DNA of 64,000 nucleotides from Saccostrea echinata (Eukaryota): NCBI RefSeq assembly GCF_033153115.1, contig NW_026889779.1, positions 33,666,001 to 33,730,000 of the forward strand, read 5' to 3'. Shown piece by piece: positions 26,201 to 37,609 of this stretch (position 1 is its first letter; each line of letters starts with the position of its first letter). The notes under the pieces were generated by a model. It saw only the letters and a program-made list of their open reading frames with translations, ran no database searches and was not told where the DNA came from. The position numbers and the translations under genes were made by a program.

Positions 26201-29200
26201 ACATAGCCTCAATATCTCCTTGTATAGCAATTTTCTCCTGACGAAATCTTAAAAGTACACCAAGTAAACTATTTGTTAGATCGGGTCCTTGGAGTAACTG
26301 GCTGTTTAGTGAAATCCCCATATACACTGCAGAGCAGTCAAACACAACTCTAATCTTCCCTGGTTTTTATCGTTGTAAACTCCATGGTGCGGTAGGTACC
26401 ATACTCTGCCATCATCTCTTTGTAGCTGACTTTGAGGAACAGGTTCTGCATATCCCTTCTCAAACAGCTTATTCATAAAAGTCTCATAGTCATTTCTAAC
26501 CTTTGGATCCTTTATCAGTTTCTTCTTTAGACTCCTAAGTCTCTGAAATCCTTGCATGATATTGTTGGGTAACTGAATTAAGGGATCCTTAAACGGAAGT
26601 CCAATTGAGTAATGACCATCCTGAATGTGAATAGATTCTGAAACTTGAGTTAAGAAGCTCTTATCTTCTAAAGAGTTTTCTTTTACATCATCCACAAGAC
26701 GTTCTGGAAAGTCATAGTTTATGGAATCTTTCACCATCTTTTCTAAGTTTATGTCTCTTTCCTGAGCATCTTCTATAGCTACTCTGTTTATGTCAAATGT
26801 ATCTGATGCATTTTCTCTTATGACATTCCATACTATCCATCCTAGTCGTGTCCTTGTTGCGTGGGGAGAACCACTTGGCCCAGCAATTACTTCCAATGGA
26901 GAGTAGGCATCTGGTATGTTATTTCCAATCATAATTCCAATTTCTGCATCTATTTCTGATGTTTGTATTGTTGACAGATGTGGCCACTGTTTTAACTCTT
27001 GCTGCGTTGGAATGTGTTCTTTTGATACAGGCATATGTTTCTTTGTATACACATTCGGTAGATCAATCACATGTTCCATTGAAAGTCCACACACTTGCAA
27101 ACCACTGATAACATATGTGTTCAACCTCTGAGAATTCCCCATTGTCTTTATGGTGATTTGTTTCTTCTTGCCATTTGCTCCAAGCCTATGCATTATGTTT
27201 TCTGTACAAAATGACACACTGCTGCCAGAGTCAAAGAATGCATAAGTTTCTATGCTATACGGTTTATTTTTCAGTTTTACTCTCACTGGAATTATTGCCA
27301 TAGCACAGGTTGTTTCTCCGGCCCCTTTATCACTAAAGGCACTGATGTGAGGTTTGGAGAACTTGCATGTAGTTTTGATATCTGTTGACATAGGATTAAT
27401 GTTTTCTTTGTCTTCATCTGTACGTTTTGCTACACATTTCGCAGGATCATGTAGGATCGTAGGGTGACGCCTACTGCATATGGAACACTTAAGTCTTGCT
27501 TTGCATTTTTTAGTTATGTGGCCTTTCCTAAGACATCCATAACACTGTCCATTATTTCGCAGGAAGTTGTATCTGTCTTGAAGTCCTTTGGTTACAAACT
27601 TCTTGCAGTCATTCAGTGCATGGGTACTACTTTCACAGAATTCACATTTCTGTTCTCGTACGTTAAAGTCTTGTACTTCACTTATAACATCAGTAGACGC
27701 AACAGCTCTCTTCTGGTTACGATCTTGATTTCTGGAATTTCCACCAATAGATGCATTACCATACGTAGGATCATTCGATTTCTTAGCTTCTGTTTTCACA
27801 AAACTTACAAAATCTTTAAACTTCACTGTCTTCTTGGCTTCTTTAGTTTTCAGTACAACATTTCTCCACCTATCATGCATATACACAGGGAGTTTTGTCA
27901 TAAGTCTCTTTATGTTGTCTGAATAATCTTAGACAGAAACACTATCGATGCTTTCAGCTGCGTTCTGACACTCCACAAGGAACAAGGAGAACTCATCTAG
28001 CATCTTTGCATCCTTCCATGCTGGCCAGTCTAATGCCTTCTTTATGAATGCTGTTGCAATTACCTCACTGTCTCCGTACCGCTCTTCAAGCTGATTCATA
28101 GCTGCTTTGTAGGCTCTGTCTCCTGACATATGACTAAATCCAGACACTACTCTGTATGCTTCCCCAAAAGTCATTTGCTCAAGATAATTCATTCGTTCAT
28201 CATTGTCTTTAGTATTCATCACTACTTTGGTATTAAACTGTCTGACGAAACGTCTAAATTCTAATGGATTGCCTCCAAATTTTTTTTATCTCTGGTACAG
28301 GTTTCCGGAGGTATTGTACAACACACTGCATAGCATCAGATTCAGAGGTCTGTGGTTTTGTTTCATCTAGGCAATGAAGGTCAAGTGGTGGAATTTCTTC
28401 ACGTTTGGGTATGAATGTCTCTGCGTTCGGATTCAGAGGCCTCTCAAACAAGGACGGTACTGATGCAAACTCACTCGGAAACAAAGGCGTTCTTGGCGTT
28501 GGTTTTGGTGCTAATGTTCTAGGATTCACAATATCAATGTTAGAAACATCATCATGCAAATCAGCATCACTACACCTTTCATATTTCTGAAGGACTTCTG
28601 TTTTAGCATTCGCAATAGCAATATTTGTATTCAAGTTCAACTCTTCTTCTTCAAGTTTTAGTTTGACTTTCGCTATCTCTAACTCCTTCTTATGGGAAAG
28701 TGCTGCTTTGCGAGCTTCTAACTCAGCTACTCTTTGTTCTTCTTCAAGGCGTTTGGATGATATACCTGTAGCTATAGATGTGCGAGACTTGGACTTCAAG
28801 CTTCTGACAGTTTCTTTTGTTGCTTCTACTTGTGATTCCTCCTTCACACTCTGGTGGTAGGAAAAGAACTCCTCTATTTCTTTCTTAAAGTTCATGAGAA
28901 ACACATCGTAATCATAATGAGTCTTAACCAATTCTTCTCTCTCCTCCTTGTCAGTTATTTGAGAGACAAGTTCATCAAATATAACAAGAAAACGCTCATA
29001 ATCCTCAAGCCATGCAGCATACTTTCTTCTTACTGTTTCTGGAGATTCATTATCAGAAATAATCTGTCTTATCACACCACTTGTTATCTTCAGTGTTCTA
29101 AATGTTTTATTGTATTGTTCATGTTTATATACCTTTCCTTTGTCTGTTAATTTTCTGTTTCGTGTTCCCGATCCTGTTTCTTCTGTAACGGGCATTATGC

Positions 29201-29204
29201 TCAT
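23274..29204 (-). pseudogene. gag-pol: BEL/Pao gag-pol polyprotein, disrupted by 2 frameshifts and 2 nonsense codons
   Basis: Three Cys/His knuckles (CEFCESSTHALNDC, CYGCLRKGHITKKC, CSICSRRH), protease FFDSGS, RT YVDD, RNase H FADAS and IPRLEL, integrase H-H-C-C, GMDYFGP and SDNGTN. Frameshifts fall in A-runs at about 28280 and 26365; in-frame TAA at 27929 and 23643. Confidence 0.95.
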
Positions 29205-29236
29205 AACCTGGATCGCTCATGGAATCACGTCAATGT

Positions 29237-29798
29237 TGTAGTGTTCTCTTGTACCAACGACACAGGTTCAATTCAATGTCTTTATTAACATGGACACATT
29301 CTGGCATTGTATAACAAAGTCCTTGTCTCTGACATAGTATGACAAAGTCCCTATTTCTGACATAGTATGATAAAGTCCCTGTCTCTGACATAGATTGACT
29401 ACAAATGAAATGTAAATATAATAAATACTTGTACTCAATACAGAATGTACATATAATGTAACCTTTTATCAATATAAATCATGACACAAAAAGTGCTCCT
29501 TATATTAAACTTTGTAAACAGTGGTAATATGACAAATTCCTACTCAAATTCAATGTAACAAGTAAATGCATATAGCAGACAGTATGTAATAAATAATTAA
29601 TATATAATTACCGTGATGTATGTCTGGTACTTTCAGCTAGAACACAACAAACTACTGCACTCATTGATCTAAATATGGCGCTCGTGCATTTCTCAACATT
29701 TGATAAACGTATCATTCTGATAAAATTGGAATGCACAGAAATCGAAACTTACGGACAAAATTAGAATTCAAAATAAAATATACAGATTGTCCATTACA
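29237..29798 (-). repeat. 5' LTR
   Basis: Direct repeat of 22611-23172. Confidence 0.97.
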
Positions 29799-30060
29799 AT
29801 CATTAAAGTCTTGTCTTTATTACAGATTTTTACATTGTCGAAAGAAATACTAGTAAATTTGTGTATGATTTATTTCACGAGAAATGTGCACAATAGTTAA
29901 ACAAATTAAAAAAAATTAAAGAGTCTATTATATAAAAGTATAAAATATATATTTAAAATTTGGAATTTAGAAAGTTGATTTTTGTTTAATGCTGTTTCAT
30001 TATATTCTAGCCAGGATTCTAACCAGGATTCCTAGGCTTGACATCATATTCTTCTCAATA

Positions 30061-30458
30061 CTAACATCGTCTAAAAGTTCTGCCAATACTTGTACGTGTT
30101 CTGCCAATACTTGTTCTGACTGTTCGTGTACGCGTACGACTAATACATCTAACAGAAGTCCTTGTAGACGGTTGGCGACGTCGAATGGAATCGAACAATG
30201 CTCCAAGACCTATTGTGCCCCCAAACAATGCGCTAATACCTATGATCGGGAGCAATGCGACACCGGCACCTCTTTTCTTGCGGCCATTTGACCTGACATT
30301 GTAACTTTGCTTGCCGTTTAGAATTCTTATCAGTCCCTCTTGCCATTTTTCGATTACATAGCTATGTCCCTCATCAGGTCCTCCGAAACGATCAGCTCGT
30401 CTAAATCGCTCATTAATAATCTGCTGATTCATACTTATCTGGGCGTCCACATTCAATC
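30061..30458 (-). CDS. Terminal exon of a furin-processed peptide precursor (candidate cationic antimicrobial peptide)
   Basis: T-rich acceptor ending CAG at 30459. The 131-codon frame has RFRR and RKKR sites, then a hydrophobic GAGVALLPIIGISALFGGTIGLGALF segment and an Arg/Thr-rich tail with two Cys. AATAAA lies downstream at about 29870 and 29816-29821. The upstream exon is unresolved. Confidence 0.6.
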
Positions 30459-31269
30459 CTGCATCACCAAAAATAATAACATATAATAAAAATATGAATA
30501 TTTACAAAGCATTTTAAAACTTTTAGACACACATCTTACAATAGGATAAAGCAAACTGAGTATCGTAAATGAAGATTAATAATGGAGTAAGATATAATTT
30601 ATATCAGTGTACTTAATCAATCAAACTGCAAAATTCAGAATTACAATTAATAAACGTTGCATAACACATCGATAATCTACTTCGACCAATCCCAATTAAA
30701 TTATTTTATCACAGTTTTTATTTGAGTTGGTTTTATGTTCCATTTTAAACGATTTGTTTAAAACAAATAAAATAGATGACCTAAAAGTTGACTCTTTGAA
30801 TTATCATTTAGATGACTGTTGTGACAGGACACTGAAAGATCGAACACTTGAGATTATACATAAGTTTCTTGAAGAAGAAAATGAAATGTATTCAACGGAG
30901 AATGTTCAGAAAGTAAAATAAAAGAAACAAGCAAAAAAGAAAATAATAATAAAACTTACACATGCTCCTACCCTGAAATGTTTTAATTATACCTGAGAGA
31001 GTTGACTCCCCTCTCCCACTTCTTTAACATATTTTCCGACTTCCTCTCCCTTAGCATCTCTCAAATTATCATACTTATTGATATTAACAGCGGAACAAAC
31101 TCTTTATCTTTTATACGTTAGCTAATTAAGATATTAGAAAGGTTTTTAGAGTAGGATAAAAACAAGAGGAACAGTATTGACTGTAGGTATGCATTTTAAT
31201 TAATCATACTGTATTTTCAAGCTTTATTTTATGCACAACAAGCCTTGTCTGTAAACAAATTTTCTAGCT

Positions 31270-32150
31270 TCCCATTCAAAACGGTATCATACAGCAAAGA
31301 TGATATATTCCTACATCAATAAAAATGGTACTCGCGAATTTTTATATCTTGTTAAAAAGTCATCTACGAACATTGTTTATAACCATTCTGATTCTACACA
31401 TTAGTATTCTGAGTTTGATATTAAAAAGAATCTTGAGTGTACAAAAGATAAAAAAAAATCTTGACTTCCTCATTGATAATATCTTTGTGGTCTTTAGAGA
31501 TCGGGTCTTCCAACAAGCTGTTGAAATCCCATGTTTCTTACTGTGTCCCCATTTAAGTAGACCTGTTTTTGTATTCTTATGAAGCAGAATTCATTGATAC
31601 ATCTGTATTTTGAAATAAGCAAATTCGATATATCCTATTGAACTTGAAATAAAACACGCCACGGAGTCTGACACATCTGTTAAATATTTGAATGTTTAAG
31701 AAGAGAAAGACTTTGATGACAAATTAATAACCAAACCTTATGATAAACGTGATGACTTCAACTTTTATATCATCAACTTTCTTTATTTATGTAGCAGTAT
31801 ACCATTATCACCTGCATATGGGATTTATCTCTCTCAGCTGATTCGATAGGCAAGAAAATGTTCTTTATAAGAACAATTTCTTAAAGAAGGCAGACTACTG
31901 ACAAATTAGTTGATGCTCCTCAAGTCAATTGTGCGAATATCATGGTCGACATTGTTTGCAAATACAATTGTCGTCAGGTCGAATGTTAACTTCCGTCTTT
32001 TATACAGATTGTTGACCGTTATATTCATAATGAGAAATCATTGAATTTTCCGTTTACCCGATCTAGCTAGGAACAGACGGAGGCCGTGACTGGTTGTTAG
32101 GGATTATTACTATTCAATGGCAATTGACCCCCCTCTGTCCTCACTTTGTA
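31270..32150 (+). mobile_element. Degenerate Penelope-like retroelement fragment
   Basis: LDFLIDNIFVVFRDRVFQQAV, YDKRDDFNF and SPAYGIYLSQLIR are homologous to the 61.9-63.7 kb element. Confidence 0.85.
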
Positions 32151-32199
32151 TTTTATAATTCAATTTAAGAGCAAGATAACTGTTTACTTTCACTGATTT

Positions 32200-33075
32200 A
32201 ATCTTGGTCTGTTCGTCGTCTGTCCGTCTAGCTGTCCGTCCGTCAGTCCGTCTTTCTGTCTGTCCGTAACACTTTCGTTTCCGCGCGATGTCTCCAGAAC
32301 CCTTGTGAGTTTTTGGAATGAAATTTTACATAACAACTCCTGGTGGCCAAAGGAAGACACCTATTGATTTTGAGGTCAAAAGTTCCACGGTCAAGCCTTT
32401 GACCTTTTACAATGAAATTTTATACCACAACTCTCTATGCTCTATGGAACACCCCGATAATTTTCAGGTCAAAAGTTCGAAGGTCAAGGTAATAAATTCA
32501 TACATTTTGTTTGTGTGTAAAACTTTCATTTCCGACCGATTTCTCAAGAAGCTTTTGAACTTTTGCAGTGAAATTTTATACCATAACTCCCTATGGTCCT
32601 GCCCGCCCGTCTTAAAGTGTCCCGTCCCCCCACATCACCTCTTAATCTGCGAATGCTCTTCTTTTTTTCCTTTAGTGGGGTACACATATTTTCTGAATTG
32701 GGTCGCCCGCGTGGCGCAGTGGTTAGAGCGTCTGCTCTAGAGTCGCGGCGTAAGGAGTTGATCCTTACGTCGCGGGTTCGAATCCCACTGTGGGACGTGG
32801 AGACCGGTCCTTCGGATGAGACCGTATAAACCGAGGTCCCGTGTCGCAGTAGGTGCTGGCACAAAAAAGATCCCTTACTGCTCAATGGCCGTAAGTGCCG
32901 AGTATAGGACAAAATTTGCAGCTCTCCACCGGCAAGTGGTGGCGTCTCCATATGAGTGAAAAATTCTCAAGAGGGACGTTAAGCAACATACAATCAATCA
33001 ATCAATCTCTGAATTGGCTTGCTATTATATGCAATGAAACTTGTATTATACGGAGTATTGCTAGCTTTTGTCTAA
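32200..33075 (+). mobile_element. HINE/pearl-like non-autonomous element remnant, interrupted by a SINE
   Basis: (TCCG/TCTG)n microsatellite followed by TTTTGAGGTCAAAAGTTC..GGTCAAG repeats. Confidence 0.55.
32702..33007 (+). mobile_element. tRNA-derived SINE with Deu/Nin-like core
   Basis: A box TGGCGCAGTGG, B box GGTTCGAATCCC, core GATGAGACCGTATAAACCGAGGTCCCGTGT..AAAAGATCCC, (CAAT)n tail, TSD TCTGAATTGG. Confidence 0.92.
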
Positions 33076-33414
33076 TACGATGTAAACTTTAAGTACCTTT
33101 CATTAAATGTGATTGTTTAAAATGTTGTCGAATCTGAATGTTGTCTGACCCGGTCAATTTTTATAAAACAAGTGAAAGTTTTACTGTATAATGTTAATGT
33201 GGGCTTAATTACCAAATCATGTGTTGTTTAGTAATATTAAACAATTAATTTCAACATCGGGGTCAAGTAAGCCCGTGTTGCATTGAAACGTTTTCTTTAA
33301 AAATTACGAAGTCGTACCATTTTCTGCAAGCGTTTTTTAATAGCTTGTTGAACTTCGAATGGCGTCAGTATACGAACTTGAGTCTAACGATCTCCAGTTT
33401 GATATTCTTCCATT

Positions 33415-34593
33415 TCATGATCTAGCGTCACAATAATCCTGAAGACGGCCTGTATCTCTATAATATTGTCGGAAAAATTGATGTTCAACTCCAAATAGAC
33501 CCCTTTTATATCGGTGTCTACAACAGAAGAAAAACTGAACCAATTATTTTTGCCATGAGAAATATTAATGGTCAGGTGTCAGGGAACAAAAGAATAATTG
33601 TAAAGATCAATATTAATTATAGTCCAAATATATGAGAAAGACATTTATACTAGTTTAATTGCAATTTCTGCAGCAAGAAATAAACCATATACCAACAGAT
33701 ACACAATAAAATCTCAGTCCATCTATAATTAATATGTGCTATAATAATTTTAATTCAAAAAACAGCTGGGAGGATTTTAATTATTAAACGGAAAAATCAG
33801 AATCAAAATGAAAGCAATCTCTAGCTTGTCACCTTTCCGTGTTGTTGCCATGTGCGTACTCCGTAAGAGCGCTGACTTCAATCTTCTCCGGATGCTTGTT
33901 ATCTGAGAATGGACGTTGAAAAAACTAGGAACAAATACTTTTATTTTAATAGCTTTGTCTTTCCTATTTAATAATCCTTTTTATCAAAACATATTTTTTG
34001 CATTTCTCAAACTGATTAAGATAAAAGAATCCATTGTAAGAAGATAAAATATAAACAATCCTCAGGATATTTTATTTCATATTAAGAGGAAAATCAATCG
34101 TTTTTTTTTAAATAGAGAATTTGCAGCTTGGGACTGTAAATACAATCCTGATTGTTTTCTTTTAACAACAGATAAGATTGTTAGATTTTAAACATAAAAA
34201 TAGTTTATATGTATAGAATAACAATTCTATATTGTTAGTATTTACATTAAGGGAATCATTATAAAAAATGCATTACTTTATTAACCAAATTTAACCTAAA
34301 TCTAATGATATTTCAAGCGAGCGAATACTGATATTAAGTAAATGAGCTTATTTTAAGCAATAACAAGAGACTTTTATCAGTATTAAAGGAGCAAGAGATA
34401 ATTAAAACATTATTACAGGAAACAGCAGCCATAATAAACATCGTTATGGGTTAATGTGTATAAAGTTTCACAAAATATTCAATATTGTATAACCTACATT
34501 TTCTAAGAAAATATTTTTTGGAAATTAAAATATTTTACCTGCACTTCCTATGAAGAACAACAACACAAATAAAAATGTAACTGTCGGAGACAT
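33415..34593 (-). CDS. Putative 75-aa secreted prepropeptide (exons 34593-34539, 33902-33833, 33517-33415)
   Basis: GT-AG introns with compatible phases give MSPTVTFLFVLLFFIGSA|DNKHPEKIEVSALTEYAHGNNTE|RHRYKR-GLFGVEHQFFRQYYRDTGRLQDYCDARS*. The exon structure is conserved in the 15.4-16.0 kb paralog. Confidence 0.55.
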
Positions 34594-34833
34594 TTTCTAA
34601 AATGTAAAAACACGAATAAAAATGGAAGTAATGTTACAAGAAGTCATGCAGTATGCTTGAATTTAATATAGAAAATCTTCTAGTCGAATAGAGAAACATG
34701 AAATGCACATTACTGCAATAATAAGTTCTACTTTTTAAAAATTGCGCATTGAAATAAGCATGAAAAATGCTTTAATGAGATATAATTCAGTCTTACCTTA
34801 CAGTTTTGCCAAAGAAGTTTTGTGTAGATTTTC

Positions 34834-34884
<51 letters not shown>

Positions 34885-35279
34885 AAGAAAGAAAATTTTG
34901 GATTTCCACTGTTGCAGTTGATCGTTAGGATAGAAATAATAAAGATGCCAAAAGGATTAATACAACGTTGGATTATCTGACGGAAACTACGGATGTCCTC
35001 TAAGTAACAAATACAAGTACCACTAAAAATAGAAATAAAAGAATGATGCAAATATAAAGAAAATCCACAAGGACAGAAACAAGAGAGAATCGAGACTCAA
35101 ATATTGAAATATATGAAAAAAAATCGGCTACATGGATTTGAGCAAAATTACTGGTAATTGAACTAACTCTATGAGTGATGATTGAATATACATATATATG
35201 TATATAATATACAATTTTTATGTATCATATTAGGTCAATGGCTGTTTAGATAATGTGTTTTTGGAGATAAAATATTTAA

Positions 35280-35334
35280 CCTGCACTTTCAGTGACGGAT
35301 AATAAAACAAGTAAAACAGAACCCGTCAAAGACA
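35280..35334 (-). pseudogene. Orphan third copy of the signal-peptide exon, start codon lost
   Basis: GTG TCT TTG ACG...GAA AGT GCA G|GT translates as VSLTGSVLLVLLSVTESA. Same 55-nt length and donor as 34593-34539. Confidence 0.55.
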
Positions 35335-37079
35335 CAATATTTTCTAAAAATATACAAAAAACTTTAAATGAAAGATACATGTATGTGCCTATGCAGTATA
35401 CTAGTGTTTAATCAAACAAAAATCCAGTGACTTATAAAAATACGTGAAATACACATTTTATTACCACTCTTAAAATTATGTTAAGGAATGAAATAGCTTA
35501 TGGAAGCAAGCATGAGTAGTTCTTGTAAAAAGAATTTCAAAAGGAGAAAAAACACCTTTTCTCACATCAAGAGTTTGCTCACGTATTAATATACAGAATA
35601 ATTTTTGTGTATGCTAATGGTTCTAATGCAATTTGAAAGAAAAAACAAAGAAGAAATAAACTCAGAGATTTTCACTACTGCATTTGACCTGTAGAATTAT
35701 TTGGGATGACAAAGAGTAATATACACGGATACTCGTGAATACTTTGTGTCCAGCATGTCACAAAAACAAGTACTTATGTACTCCAGAAGGGCAAGGTTAT
35801 ATCAATGACTAGCTCCACTTAAAAAAGATTTGAAGAGACGCGTGGACATTATTGCTCACTCGAATCAACAATATTCTTGCTTAGATTTTTAAGACCATAT
35901 CTTATATCAGTTCTTGATATTAACATAAGGCCCAGAGGCCATTATTTCACCAACCTTTGCTTATGAAGCTGAGACACCAGTCCCAAGGGTCCAAATGTGA
36001 CTTGTTTTCTGAAGAACAGTATTTTTAGATTAAGTCAAACTTATAAACCTCAATGTTAATTTGTTAATGCTAACTGTAAACTAAACTTTAATTCATCACA
36101 AACCAATTAAATTTAATTGTGTTTATGCAAAATGTATCTTAAATAACGCAAAAAATATTCTTCACTGATGGATTTCAAGCTGCCAAATAAAAAATAAACG
36201 TTGTTGCGAATAAAAATTGCCTTGATGTATTAAGAAGTCTTTTATACAAATACTCCCCAATCTGATTATTATTCTTCGTTTTACAGGAATGAAGCAGCAC
36301 AAAGCATTAACATTTTTTTATTTTCATCTAAAATAACATATGATAACGGTAAATAGAATCCTGATTATTTTTTTTTAACAACAGATAGGATTGTTAGATT
36401 TTAAACATAAAAATAGTTTATAAGTATAGAATAACAATTCTATATTGTTAGTTTTTTCATTAAGGGAATCCTTTTAAAAAATGCATTACTTTATTAACCA
36501 AATTTAACCCAAATTTAATGATATTTTAAGCGAGCGAATACTGATATTAAGTAAATGAGCTTATTTTAAGTAATAACAGACTTTCATCAGTATTAAAGGA
36601 GCAAGAGATAATCAAAATTTCACAATAATAATCACGATAAGTTAACATCTTTGACTTCACATATGATATAGACGAAGAAGGTAAAAATATGTTTTTTATT
36701 GTTAAAGATGATCTTTAAAACAAAAGAGAGGGGAGCAAATGCAAACTTGTCCGTATCAATTTATAATTATATTTTTAAAAAATTAAAGTCAGTTTAAACA
36801 AGGTCATTGAACTGCGACGATCATCTGAGTCATTGGTCTAGAACATTAACAATGTTTGTATTGTAATAAAATTTTTTGACACTACATTGTGGACCTCTCC
36901 AGTCTTAAGGGGTCAAATCTGAACAACATGGGGATGTTTTGATATCAAATATGAATACTCTATGATGTGAGCAATTTAATTCGATAAAAAAATGCAGCAG
37001 CACTTTTCATAGACACATAGTTCTATCTTTTTTTAAATCAGCAGCTTCAAACATCCATAAAAAATATTAGGTTACCAAG

Positions 37080-37348
37080 ATGAAATATATCGAGATAACG
37101 AACAGTATTCAAGCTTAAAAGTCCACTAAACAATACAAAATAGGAGCAGAGGAAACACGGACCTCCAAAACATCAGAGGTGGGATCAGGTGCCATGGAGG
37201 AGCTAGCATCTCCTGCCGACCGGTCACACCCGCCGTGTGCTCCTTGTCATGATCGGGAAATAACGGAAAAATCCGTCGACAATTCAGTGTGTAAATAATG
37301 GCCTAACAAGTAGTATGAAAAACGTCAGTCAGCAATTGACTCAATCAG
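37080..37348 (-). mobile_element. Penelope-like 3' fragment
   Basis: Matches 61885-62140. Further fragments at about 21123-21230, 41740-42090 and 49890-50050. Confidence 0.85.
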
Positions 37349-37609
37349 GTGAGCAATTTTGATTCACCAGCAAGAATAGCTACGCAAAACAAAATTTCCA
37401 GTAATTACATCAAAGATGCATCCTTTTACACGATTAATAATTAACAGACGTTAGATTTGATTGATTATAAAGTTAAAACATGCTTCTATTAAAATAATGG
37501 AACCCTTTTCAGGTGTAAAAATGTTTTTGTAATAAAAATTTTTCAAAGACTTGGGGATAATACATTTTGCAAAGTGGAATTAAGATAATTTTTTTCTGCT
37601 CAATGTTAA

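Larger units (their letters stand above)
22611..29798 (-). mobile_element. Full-length BEL/Pao LTR retrotransposon
   Basis: Two 562-bp TG...CA LTRs, 5-bp TSD ATCAT (22606-22610 and 29799-29803), and domain order gag-PR-RT-RH-IN with Pao-type motifs. Confidence 0.97.

Noticed and set aside
24526-29150. Plus-strand ORFs within the BEL element
   Set aside because: Antisense shadows of gag-pol.
22607-29472. Duplicated 79-80 aa ORFs
   Set aside because: They lie within the LTRs and span tandem repeats.
29989-30291. Plus-strand Cys/Thr-rich ORF (SANTCTCSANTC)
   Set aside because: Probably the antisense shadow of the minus-strand exon, which has the splice acceptor, furin sites and polyA signals.
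32702-32795. tRNA gene
   Set aside because: It is a SINE head with body, tail and TSD; no canonical cloverleaf.
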